A DNA stretch of 64,000 nt from an uncultured Chloroflexia bacterium (GTDB lineage Bacteria; Chloroflexota; Limnocylindria; Limnocylindrales; CSP1-4): positions 864,001-928,000 of the forward strand of contig CAVPPB010000003.1 of assembly GCA_963707215.1 (NCBI GenBank), written 5' to 3'. Position numbers and translations under genes: made by a program. Positions 48,799-57,254 of this stretch are shown here, in pieces (positions within the stretch are counted from its first letter, which is position 1; every line of letters begins with the position of its first letter). The notes below the pieces were generated by a model, which had not been told where the DNA came from, did not search any database, and saw only the letters and a program-made list of their open reading frames with translations.

Positions 48799-50343
48799 AT
48801 GCGCCGTACCGCCACGGCGTCGCTCGTCGCGCTGGTCGTGGCAGCGGCGCTGCTTCTCGTCCCGGGACCGACCCCGGTCCGGGCCGCCGACCCCTGCAGC
48901 CCCTGGCCGACGAGCTACGGCATGCCCGAGACGATCCGCGTCCTGCGGGTCGCCAGCGGGGTCGTCGAGACCGTGCCGTTCCGGACCTACGTGGAGAACG
49001 TCATGTCCTGGGAGTGGCCCGCCTCTTGGCCGAGCGAGGCCCTCCGGGCCGGCGCCGTCGCCGTCAAGCAATACGGGCTGTACTACCTGGTGAACCCGCG
49101 ATCCTGGTACAAGACCCCGGACGGACAGTGCTACCACGTCCGCGACGACACCAACGACCAGATCTACCGGCCCCAGAATTCGACCGGGACGCCGCGGATC
49201 CCGGCGGCCAGCCAGGTCGCCGCCGTCGAGGCGACATGGGACATGACGATGCGCCGGGGGACGTCGTTCTTCCTGCCCCACTACCAAGCCGGAGAGAGCA
49301 CCGTCTGCGGTGCCAAGATCCGCTACGGGGTCACCTGGCTGCCCCAGTGGGAGGTCAGGGCCTGCGCCCTGGGCGGCATGGACATGGCCACGATCCTTCA
49401 CCTGTACCTCGACCCCGGCCTGACGATCGCCGATGCCGTCCGTCGCTTCGGCGGCGACCGGTACGCGACTGCTGCGGCCATCAGCCGGGCCGACGTCGTC
49501 TCGTCGACGACGGTCTTCGTGGCCCGGGGCGCCGACTTCCCGGACGCGCTGGCCGCAGGACCCGTCGCCGCGGTGTCGGGAGCGCCGATCCTGCTCGTCG
49601 CCGACGACGGCGTCCCGGACGTCATCGCCGAGGAGCTGGCCAGGCTGGCACCGACCCGGATCGTGATCCTGGGGGGGATTGGCGCGGTCAGCGAAGCCGT
49701 CGAAGGGCAGCTGGCGTCGACGGGCGCCGAGATCGTCCGGCTCGCCGGCGCGGATCGCTACGAGACGGCGGTCGCCGTCTCGGCCTTCGCCTTCGCCCCG
49801 GGCGTGCCGATGGCCTTCGTTGCGACGGGCCGCGACTTCCCCGACGCCCTCGCGGGAGCGGCCGCCGGCGCCCACCTCGGAGCCCCGGTCCTCCTGGTCC
49901 CGGGGGATGCGATCCCGACGGTCGTGGCCGACGAGCTGACCCGGCTCGCACCCGCCGCGATCCGCGTCCTGGGCGGGACGAGCGTCGTCGCCGAAGAGGT
50001 CGAGGCTGCGCTCGCCGGATTCGCACCGGACGTGGCCCGGCTCGCAGGGAGTGACCGCTACCAGACCGCCGCCGCCGTCTCCGAGGCCGCCTTCGAGCCC
50101 GGCGTCGATCGCGTCCGGTTCGCGACCGGGGCCAACTTCCCGGACGCGCTCGCGGCTGCGCCAGCCGGCCTGCCGATCCTCCTCGTCGGCAGTGGGGCGC
50201 CGACGGCGACCATCGAGGAGACGATCCGTCTCGCGCCTGCGCACCTCGAGCCTGTCGGGGGTCCGGCCGTCGTCTCCGACGCGACCGTCACCTCCATCGT
50301 CCGATCGGTGGCCGGGAGCGGCGGCGTGCCCGCGGTCCGGTAG
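48799..50343 (+). CDS. Secreted SpoIID/LytB-domain protein with three cell-wall-binding type 2 (CWB2) repeats
   Basis: Signal peptide; YVENVMSWEWPASWPSEALRAGAVA SpoIID motif; three R.(G/A)G.DRY.TA...FPDALA repeats. Confidence 0.85.
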   Translation: MRRTATASLVALVVAAALLLVPGPTPVRAADPCSPWPTSYGMPETIRVLRVASGVVETVPFRTYVENVMSWEWPASWPSEALRAGAVAVKQYGLYYLVNPRSWYKTPDGQCYHVRDDTNDQIYRPQNSTGTPRIPAASQVAAVEATWDMTMRRGTSFFLPHYQAGESTVCGAKIRYGVTWLPQWEVRACALGGMDMATILHLYLDPGLTIADAVRRFGGDRYATAAAISRADVVSSTTVFVARGADFPDALAAGPVAAVSGAPILLVADDGVPDVIAEELARLAPTRIVILGGIGAVSEAVEGQLASTGAEIVRLAGADRYETAVAVSAFAFAPGVPMAFVATGRDFPDALAGAAAGAHLGAPVLLVPGDAIPTVVADELTRLAPAAIRVLGGTSVVAEEVEAALAGFAPDVARLAGSDRYQTAAAVSEAAFEPGVDRVRFATGANFPDALAAAPAGLPILLVGSGAPTATIEETIRLAPAHLEPVGGPAVVSDATVTSIVRSVAGSGGVPAVR

Positions 50344-50350
50344 CGGCCCG

Positions 50351-50986
50351 ATGGCCGATGCGACGACGCCCCGGGCCCTGCCGGACGGCTCCGGGCCGCC
50401 GACGCCCGATCCGACCCTGCCGCGATGCTGGTGGGCGGCCAGCGACGAGCGCCTCGACCCGCTCATGGCTGCCTACCACGATGCCGAATGGGGCGTCCCT
50501 GTGCATGACGACGTCGAGCTCTTCGAGCGCCTGGCCCTGGAGTCGTTCCAGGCCGGGCTCTCCTGGTCGACGATCCTCCGCAAGCGCGACGCGTTCCGGG
50601 TCGCCTTCCGGGGCTTCGACCCGGCAGTCGTGGCCGCGTTCGGTCCGGACGATGTCGAGCGCCTGATGGCCGACGCCGGGATCGTCCGGAACCGGGCCAA
50701 GATCGTGGCCACGGTCGGCAACGCCCAGGGGGTCCTCGACCTGGCCGAGCAGCATGGCTCGTTCGGCGCCTACCTCGCGACGATGGTGCCCGGGCCTCCC
50801 CTGCCGCGACCCCGGGGCTCGACCTGGCAGGACCTCGCGCCGACCACTCCGGCCTCGGATGCCCTGTCGGCCGACCTGAAGCGGCGCGGGTTCCGGTTCG
50901 TCGGGTCGACCATCGTCTACGCATTCATGGAGTCGGTGGGTCTCGTCGACGACCACCTGCCGGGCTGCTTCCGCTACCGGGGCTGA
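50351..50986 (+). CDS. tag: DNA-3-methyladenine glycosylase I
   Basis: RCWW, YHDAEWG, LESFQAGLSW.TIL.KR, GIVRNRAKI, LKRRGFRFVGST, DDHLPGC. Confidence 0.92.
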   Translation: MADATTPRALPDGSGPPTPDPTLPRCWWAASDERLDPLMAAYHDAEWGVPVHDDVELFERLALESFQAGLSWSTILRKRDAFRVAFRGFDPAVVAAFGPDDVERLMADAGIVRNRAKIVATVGNAQGVLDLAEQHGSFGAYLATMVPGPPLPRPRGSTWQDLAPTTPASDALSADLKRRGFRFVGSTIVYAFMESVGLVDDHLPGCFRYRG

Positions 50987-51097
50987 TCGACCAGTCGAGC
51001 GATACCGGCAGACCGTGTCGGTCGCTGGCTCCTCGACGCAGGTCGACGACCGATGCGTGACAGCGGAGCTGACACGGCCGGCTCCTAGGGTCCGGAC

Positions 51098-51271
51098 ATG
51101 AAGGACCGCCTGCGACCCCTCCCCGACCCCGTCGTCGCCTGCCCCTGGTGCGCAGGTCCCGTCGAGCTCGGCGCCGCCAGCGTCCTGCGCTGCGAGGCCT
51201 GCCGGGTCGCCGTCGATGTGGATGAGCCACGCCCTGCTCGACGCCATGGAGGCGCTGCCCTGGCCGCCTGA
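51098..51271 (+). CDS. Small zinc-ribbon protein (57 aa, absent from the ORF track)
   Basis: MKDRLRPLPDPVVACPWCAGPVELGAASVLRCEACRVAVDVDEPRPARRHGGAALAA; two CxxC; TAGGGT -10 six nt upstream. Confidence 0.65.
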   Translation: MKDRLRPLPDPVVACPWCAGPVELGAASVLRCEACRVAVDVDEPRPARRHGGAALAA

Positions 51272-51336
51272 CCGTCGGTCCCTCACGGGCCGACGGGACG
51301 GGACGCCCAGCGCCGCGTGGGTCTACGATGCCCGTC

Positions 51337-51960
51337 ATGGACCATCGTGACGCGATCGTCGCCGCCGGCGCCCGCCTCGGAGCGCGCGGGCTCGTCGCGG
51401 CCGCCGAGGGCAACCTCTCCATCCGCCTGGACCAGCAGACCCTGCTCGTCACGCCGAGCGGACGCCGGAAGGACGAGCTCGCCCCCTGGGATCTGGTCGA
51501 GGTGCCCCTCGACCCGGCGGACGGATCGACGGGCGAGACCGCCGGGCCTCGCCCCTCCTCGGACATCGCGATCCATCGGGCGATCTACCGGGCCCGGGCG
51601 GACGTCGTTGCGATCGCCCACGCCCATCTCGTCTCGACGATGGCGCTCACCCTCGTCGGCGAGATCCCCGACCCGGCGGTGCTGCCCGAGACCGCGCTCC
51701 TTCTTCCCGCCGTGCCGGTCGTGCCGTTCGGCGACCCGGGCAGCCCGGAGCTGGCTGCGCGGATCGCAGCCGCCCTCGCCCCGTCGTCCGCGACGCCGCC
51801 GCAGGCCGCCATCCTGGAGCGGCACGGTGCCATCGCGGTCGGCGCTGGGATCGACCAGGCCGTCGACCGGCTCGAGCTCGTCGACGTCCTCTGCCGGACC
51901 TGGCGTGATGCCCGCCTCCTCGCCCCGGACCGGCCGCCCCGCCCACCGACGACGGCCTAG
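51337..51960 (+). CDS. Class II aldolase/adducin family protein
   Basis: EGNLS, VTPSG, PSSD..IH, HAH, RHG motifs. Confidence 0.88.
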   Translation: MDHRDAIVAAGARLGARGLVAAAEGNLSIRLDQQTLLVTPSGRRKDELAPWDLVEVPLDPADGSTGETAGPRPSSDIAIHRAIYRARADVVAIAHAHLVSTMALTLVGEIPDPAVLPETALLLPAVPVVPFGDPGSPELAARIAAALAPSSATPPQAAILERHGAIAVGAGIDQAVDRLELVDVLCRTWRDARLLAPDRPPRPPTTA

Positions 51961-52026
51961 AATGGCGCCGCGCGGTCGGCCCTGGCCGGGGCGCGGAGGG
52001 ATGGGACCCGCAAACGGAGGTCTTGG

Positions 52027-52710
52027 ATGGACGCCCGAAAGTACCTGGCTGAGTTCCTGGGTACGTTCGTCTTCTTCGCGATCGGCTTCACCTCGGTGCA
52101 GGCGGCCGACGCCGCCGGCGTCGCACCGCTGCTCGTGGTGCCGTTCTCGTTCGGCCTTGGCCTGCTGACGGCGATCTATGCCTTCGGGCACGTCTCCGGG
52201 GGCCACTTCAATCCCGCGGTGACCGTGGCGATGGCCCTCGACCAGCGGACGACCCCGGTCGACGCGGTCGGCTACATCGTGGCCCAGGTCCTCGGCGCCA
52301 TCCTGGCCGCCGGCTTCGTCGTGATCCTCTTCAGCCAGGCGGCCGCCGAGGCGGTCATCACGGCCCCCGGCGGCGGTCTCGAGGGCAACGACCTCGGGGC
52401 CGTCCTCCTCGAAGGGGTCATGACCGCGGCCTTCCTCCTGGTCATCCTCGTGTCGACGAAGAGGAACGTGGCCGTTGCCGGGATCGTCATCCCGCTGACC
52501 CTGGTCGCGATCCACTTCGCCATCGCCACGCTGACCGGCGCCTCGGTGAACCCGGCTCGCTCCATCGGCCCGGCCGTCCTTGCCGCGGATCTCGGAGCCC
52601 TCTGGATCTACCTCGTCGGTCCGCTGGCGGGCGCCGTCGTCGCGTGGGCGGTCTACGCCTTCGCATTCGGCAGCGAGCAGGAGGAGGCGGAGGCCTCTAC
52701 CGCCGGCTAG
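52027..52710 (+). CDS. Aquaporin (MIP family)
   Basis: AEFLGT, SGGHFNPAVT, SVNPARS; six TM segments; SD GGAGG. Confidence 0.93.
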   Translation: MDARKYLAEFLGTFVFFAIGFTSVQAADAAGVAPLLVVPFSFGLGLLTAIYAFGHVSGGHFNPAVTVAMALDQRTTPVDAVGYIVAQVLGAILAAGFVVILFSQAAAEAVITAPGGGLEGNDLGAVLLEGVMTAAFLLVILVSTKRNVAVAGIVIPLTLVAIHFAIATLTGASVNPARSIGPAVLAADLGALWIYLVGPLAGAVVAWAVYAFAFGSEQEEAEASTAG

Positions 52711-52733
52711 CCCGACCGGTCCGCGCCGCCACC

Positions 52734-52768
52734 ACGACCCCCTCGGCCCCGTCGGACCCGGGGGTCGT
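52734..52768. terminator. Hairpin between convergent aquaporin and ABC operon
   Basis: ACGACCCCC...GGGGGTCGT inverted repeat. Confidence 0.5.
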
Positions 52769-52836
52769 CCTATCCCCTCGAGGAACGGGACGACGTTGCC
52801 GGACTTGCCGGGCACCGGGCCTGGTGATGGCCCGGG

Positions 52837-53943
52837 TCAGCCGGGTGGGCCCGGATCGGCGCTCGGTGGAGCCACCTCGGGCAACGGAGCCGGAGAGGTG
52901 ACCGTTGGCATCGTCGGCAGCGGCTTGCCGGGTTCGGCGAGCCAGCAGGCGGCGGACTGGCCGTCGCCCATGTCCAGCAAGGGCGGCTCCTCTACCCGGC
53001 AACGGTCGAAGGCCAGCGGACAGCGCGGGTGGAACCGACAGCCCGGCGGGATCCGGGCTGCGTCGGGGGTCTCGCCCTCCAGGATCGTCCGCTTGGGTCC
53101 CTGGCCCGGCGCCGGTGGCTCGGGCGTTGGGGAGACGCTGACGAGCGCCTGGGTGTACGGGTGGCGGGGGCTTCGGATGACCCGGTCGGCCGGCCCGATC
53201 TCGACGATCTTGCCCAGGTACATGACGGCGATGCGGTCGGCCAGGACCCAGGCCAGCGAGAGGTCATGGGTGATGAACAGGTAGGTCAGGCTGCGCTGCT
53301 CACGGAGGTCGAGCATCAGCCGGAGCAGCTCGGTCCGGATCGACACGTCGAGCATCGAGACCGGCTCGTCGGCGACCACCAGCTCGGGCTCCAGGATCAT
53401 GGCCCCGGCGATGACGACGCGCTGCCGCTGGCCGCCCGAGAGCTCGTGCGGGTAGCGGAAGGCGAACTCCTTGGCCGGCATCAGGCCCACCGACTCGAGG
53501 GCCCCGAGGACCCGCTCCTCGCGCTCGGCGAGCGATCGCGCGATGCCGTTGACCTGGAGCGGCTCGGCCACGAAGTCATGGATCGTCTGCTTCGGGTTCA
53601 GCGTCTCGTAGGGGTCCTGGAAGATGATCTGGACGCGCCGCCGGTAGTCGCGCAGGCGTCGCTGACCCCACAGGGCGCTGACGTCCCGGCCCTCGAATTC
53701 GATCCGGCCGGCGGTCTGGCGGGTCAGCTTGACGATGACCCGACCCGTCGTGGTCTTGCCCGACCCCGACTCGCCGACCAGGGCCAGGATCTCGCCGCGG
53801 CGGATGGACAGGTCGATGCCGTCCACGGCCCGGACGAATCCGCGTGGACGGCGCAGGACGATGTCCTCGAGGTTGGCGTGCAGCGGGAAGTAGACCTGGA
53901 GGGCCTCCAGCCGGATCAGCTCGTCGGTCATGCCGCCGGTCAT
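52837..53943 (-). CDS. Oligopeptide/dipeptide ABC ATP-binding protein (OppF/DppF-like)
   Basis: GESGSGKT, QIIFQDP, ELSGGQRQR, ADEP, HPYT, CRFHPRCP. Confidence 0.92.
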   Translation of the reverse strand: MTGGMTDELIRLEALQVYFPLHANLEDIVLRRPRGFVRAVDGIDLSIRRGEILALVGESGSGKTTTGRVIVKLTRQTAGRIEFEGRDVSALWGQRRLRDYRRRVQIIFQDPYETLNPKQTIHDFVAEPLQVNGIARSLAEREERVLGALESVGLMPAKEFAFRYPHELSGGQRQRVVIAGAMILEPELVVADEPVSMLDVSIRTELLRLMLDLREQRSLTYLFITHDLSLAWVLADRIAVMYLGKIVEIGPADRVIRSPRHPYTQALVSVSPTPEPPAPGQGPKRTILEGETPDAARIPPGCRFHPRCPLAFDRCRVEEPPLLDMGDGQSAACWLAEPGKPLPTMPTVTSPAPLPEVAPPSADPGPPG

Positions 53944-55250
53944 GCCGCCGGACCCTGGTGCTCAGCTGCTGGCCGGTCGTCCTGGAGCGGGAGGACGGGT
54001 GCGGCGATCGGGGCCTTGTACGCGGCGACGTCCGCGGCCTCGACGAGCACGCCGCCGTCCTTGCCGGGCGGATGGAGGTGGCAGGCCACCCTGACCCCGT
54101 CGGGGAAGCGCACCTCCGGAGGGACCTCGGCCTCGCAGACGTCCATCTTGAACGGGCAGCGGGGATGGAACCGGCAGCCGCTCGGCGGCTCCCGGAGGTC
54201 AGGGGGCTGGCCGGGGATGACCTCGAGGGCTCGACGATCGGTGTGGATGTTCGGGAACGCCCCCAGCAGCTTCTGGGTGTAGGGATGCCGCGGGGCCGAG
54301 TAGAGACGACGGACCGGCCCCTCCTCGGCGACCTTGCCGGCGTACATCACCAGGATCCGGTCGCACGTCTCGGCCGTCACCGACAGGTCGTGGGTGATGA
54401 GGATCAGCGAGAGGCCCAGCTCGCGCCGGAGCCGCTCCAGGAGCTCCAGGATCTGGGCCTGGATCATGACGTCCAGGGCGGTCGTCGGCTCGTCGCCGAT
54501 GACGATCGCCGGGTCGCAGGCAAGGGCCATGGCGATCATCGCCCGCTGGCGCATCCCGCCCGAGAGCTCGTGCGGGTACGTCGAACCCCGCTTGGCCGGG
54601 ATGCCGACGAGCTCCAGGAGCTCGCTCGCTCGCTTGAGGGACCGGTCGCGCCCGACGCCCAGGCGCTGCTCGATGGGCTCGGCGATCTGCTCGCCGACCT
54701 TGCGGACCGGGTTGAGGGCATTCATGGCGCCCTGGAACACGATGCTGATCTCGCGCCAGCGGTAGCGCCGCATGGCGTTCTCCGATTTCGGCACGAGATC
54801 GACGTCGAAGAGCTTGACGCTGCTGCCCTTGCGGATCCGGGCGTTCGTCGGCAGCAGCTTCACGAGCGAGAGGGCCGTCGTCGTCTTGCCGCAGCCCGAT
54901 TCGCCCACCAGGCCGAGGGCCTCGCCGTCGTCGAGGCGGAAGCTGACCCCGTCGACCGCCTTCACCCAGCCCGATTCGAGCTTGAAGTGCGTCCGCAGGT
55001 CCTCGACCACGAGCAGGGGGGCCGTCGGGTCGGCCAGCTTCGGCATCGGCCAGGGTCGCTGACCCCGGATGCGGTCGCGAGCGGCCTCCGCCTCGCGCAT
55101 GGCGGTCGCCTGGTCGACGACCGACGTCACGCCGTCCGTCGGTCGGGAGGACGACCCGGCCTCGCGCTCGGCCTCGAGCTCGGCCTCCATCCGGGCCGCC
55201 TCGTCCATGTCGCCCCCAAGGGGGCCTCCGCCACCGCCGATGAACGTCAT
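53940..55250 (-). CDS. Oligopeptide/dipeptide ABC ATP-binding protein (OppD/DppD-like)
   Basis: GESGCGKT, ELSGGMRQR, DEPTTALDV, CRFHPRCP; ATG 55250 overlaps the permease stop. Confidence 0.92.
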   Translation of the reverse strand: MTFIGGGGGPLGGDMDEAARMEAELEAEREAGSSSRPTDGVTSVVDQATAMREAEAARDRIRGQRPWPMPKLADPTAPLLVVEDLRTHFKLESGWVKAVDGVSFRLDDGEALGLVGESGCGKTTTALSLVKLLPTNARIRKGSSVKLFDVDLVPKSENAMRRYRWREISIVFQGAMNALNPVRKVGEQIAEPIEQRLGVGRDRSLKRASELLELVGIPAKRGSTYPHELSGGMRQRAMIAMALACDPAIVIGDEPTTALDVMIQAQILELLERLRRELGLSLILITHDLSVTAETCDRILVMYAGKVAEEGPVRRLYSAPRHPYTQKLLGAFPNIHTDRRALEVIPGQPPDLREPPSGCRFHPRCPFKMDVCEAEVPPEVRFPDGVRVACHLHPPGKDGGVLVEAADVAAYKAPIAAPVLPLQDDRPAAEHQGPAA

Positions 55251-56194
55251 TTGCGGACCCTCGAGCGCGGATTGAGGACGTCGTCGAGCGCCGACCCGAG
55301 GAGGGTGAACGAGAGGACGACGAGGACGATCGAGAAGCCCGGCGGGACGAAGTACCACCAGGCACCCAGCACCGGGGCTCCGACCGTCTGCGACGCATTG
55401 AGGATCTGGCCCCAGGAGGGCGCGAATGGGTCGCCGAGGCCGATGAACGAGAGGAACGTCTCGGTCAGGATCGCCCCGGCGAAGATGAGGACCGCGTTGG
55501 CGACGATGAGGTTGACCGTGTTCGGGAGCAAGTGCCGCCACATGATCCGACCGGGGCCGGCCCCGATCGCCCGCGCCCGGGTGACGAAGGCCCGCTCCTT
55601 GATGGACAGGGTCTGCGAGCGGATGATCCGGGCGGTCGATGCCCAGCTGGTGATGCCGATGACGAAGATGATCACGAAGAGCTTGGCCCGTATCCCGAAC
55701 ACGACGGCCTCGTCGCCGACGACCTCCCGGATGAGCGGCACGAGGGCGATCGCCAGGACGAAGGTCGGCAGGACAAGGAAGAAGTCGGTGAACCGCATAA
55801 GGGACGTATCGATCAGCCCCCCGGCGTAGCCGGAGGCGATCCCGATGGTGGCCCCGATGACGATGGTGATGATCGTCGCCAGGAGGCCGATGACCATGCT
55901 GATACGGGCACCGTGGACCGTCAGGTTGAGGATGTCGCGGCCCAGTTCGTCGGTACCCAGCAGATGGTCGATCGAGGGAGGCTCGAGCCGGCCTCCGGTG
56001 GCGGTCGAGGCGGTCTGGAGAGGGCCGACCAGCAGGTCGGGGAACAGGGCCAGGGCCGAGAAGAAGACGAGGATGGCCAGCCCGACAAGCCCGTCCCGCC
56101 GCTTGGCAAAACGGCGGGCGAAGTCACGGGCGTTGCGGAGCCGGAGACGCCAGCGCTCGGTGCGCAGGTCGCGGGCGCTGACCGCGGTGGCCAT
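55247..56194 (-). CDS. Peptide ABC permease (OppC/DppC-like)
   Basis: HLLGTDELGRDI, GARIS, ARAIGA..HLLPN, LSFIGLG. Confidence 0.92.
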   Translation of the reverse strand: MATAVSARDLRTERWRLRLRNARDFARRFAKRRDGLVGLAILVFFSALALFPDLLVGPLQTASTATGGRLEPPSIDHLLGTDELGRDILNLTVHGARISMVIGLLATIITIVIGATIGIASGYAGGLIDTSLMRFTDFFLVLPTFVLAIALVPLIREVVGDEAVVFGIRAKLFVIIFVIGITSWASTARIIRSQTLSIKERAFVTRARAIGAGPGRIMWRHLLPNTVNLIVANAVLIFAGAILTETFLSFIGLGDPFAPSWGQILNASQTVGAPVLGAWWYFVPPGFSIVLVVLSFTLLGSALDDVLNPRSRVRK

Positions 56195-57168
56195 CAGACC
56201 CGCACCCGTGGGTCGAGGTAGCCGTAGACGATGTCGGCCAGGAGATTGGCCAGGACGACCGACACGGCGAGGATCAGGAAGACCCCCTGGAGGACCGGGT
56301 AGTCGCGTGAGTTGACGGCGATGACCGTCAGCGTCCCGAGCCCCGGCCAGTTGAAGACCTGCTCGAGGGTGATCGCGCCGCCGACCACGTACCCGAGGTT
56401 GATGGCGATCAGGGTCACCGAGGGCAGAAGGGCGTTCGGGACGGCGTGTGAGCGCAGGATCCGGCGATCACGGATGCCCTTGGCCCTGGCTGTCGTCACG
56501 TAGTCCTCGCCGAGGGTCTCGACGATCGACGCGCGCATCAGGATCGAGTACTGCCCGATGAGCCCGACAGCGGCGGCGGTCAGGGGCAGGACGAGGTGCC
56601 AGGCGAAGTCGCCGAGCTGCCCGAGGAAGGAGTCGTAGGTCTTGCCGATGGTGAACATCCCGGACGTGGGGAACCAGCCCAGGGTCGTGGCGAAGATGAC
56701 GAGCAGGATCATGCCGATGAGGAAGTACGGCATGGCATAGAAGATCAGCGATACGCCGTTGCCGATCTGGTCGGTCAGCCCTCCCTTCTTCCAGCCGCTG
56801 TACGCGCCCAGGGCCAGGCCGGCGAAGACCGCGATGAACTCGGCCAGCCCGAAGAGGATGAGGGTCGGCCAGACCCGGTCGCCGATGACCTCGCTGACCG
56901 GCTTGTTGTTGAACTTGAAGGACGTGCCCAGGTCGCCGGTCAGGGTGGCCCCGACGTAGGCGACGAGCTGGTTCGGGATGAGCGGCTGGTCGAGGCCCCA
57001 CCGCTCGCGGATCTGCTCGCGCTGCTCCTGGCTCATGAGCGGGTTCCGGAAAAGGATCCGCTCGGGCGATCCGGGCATCGCCCGGAAGAGCAGGAAGTTG
57101 AGCACGACGATCCCCAGGATCGTCACCATCGCCTGCAGCAGCTTGCGCCCGATGTAGCGGCCGCTCAT
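56194..57168 (-). CDS. Peptide ABC permease (OppB/DppB-like)
   Basis: GLDQPL, GDLGTS, DYVTTARAKG, FNWPGLG, RDYPVLQG, LDPRVR. Confidence 0.92.
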   Translation of the reverse strand: MSGRYIGRKLLQAMVTILGIVVLNFLLFRAMPGSPERILFRNPLMSQEQREQIRERWGLDQPLIPNQLVAYVGATLTGDLGTSFKFNNKPVSEVIGDRVWPTLILFGLAEFIAVFAGLALGAYSGWKKGGLTDQIGNGVSLIFYAMPYFLIGMILLVIFATTLGWFPTSGMFTIGKTYDSFLGQLGDFAWHLVLPLTAAAVGLIGQYSILMRASIVETLGEDYVTTARAKGIRDRRILRSHAVPNALLPSVTLIAINLGYVVGGAITLEQVFNWPGLGTLTVIAVNSRDYPVLQGVFLILAVSVVLANLLADIVYGYLDPRVRV

Positions 57169-57187
57169 CTCGCCCCGTCCGCTGGTA

Positions 57188-57221
57188 CGCGAACGGGCCG
57201 CCTTGGGGCGGCCCGTTCGCG
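57188..57221. terminator. Intercistronic stem-loop after the SBP gene (stabiliser or attenuator)
   Basis: CGCGAACGGGCCGCC-TTGG-GGCGGCCCGTTCGCG, perfect 15-bp stem. Confidence 0.75.
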
Positions 57222-57254
57222 GTTCGGTCCGATCCGGTCGTCAGCGACCGGGCG

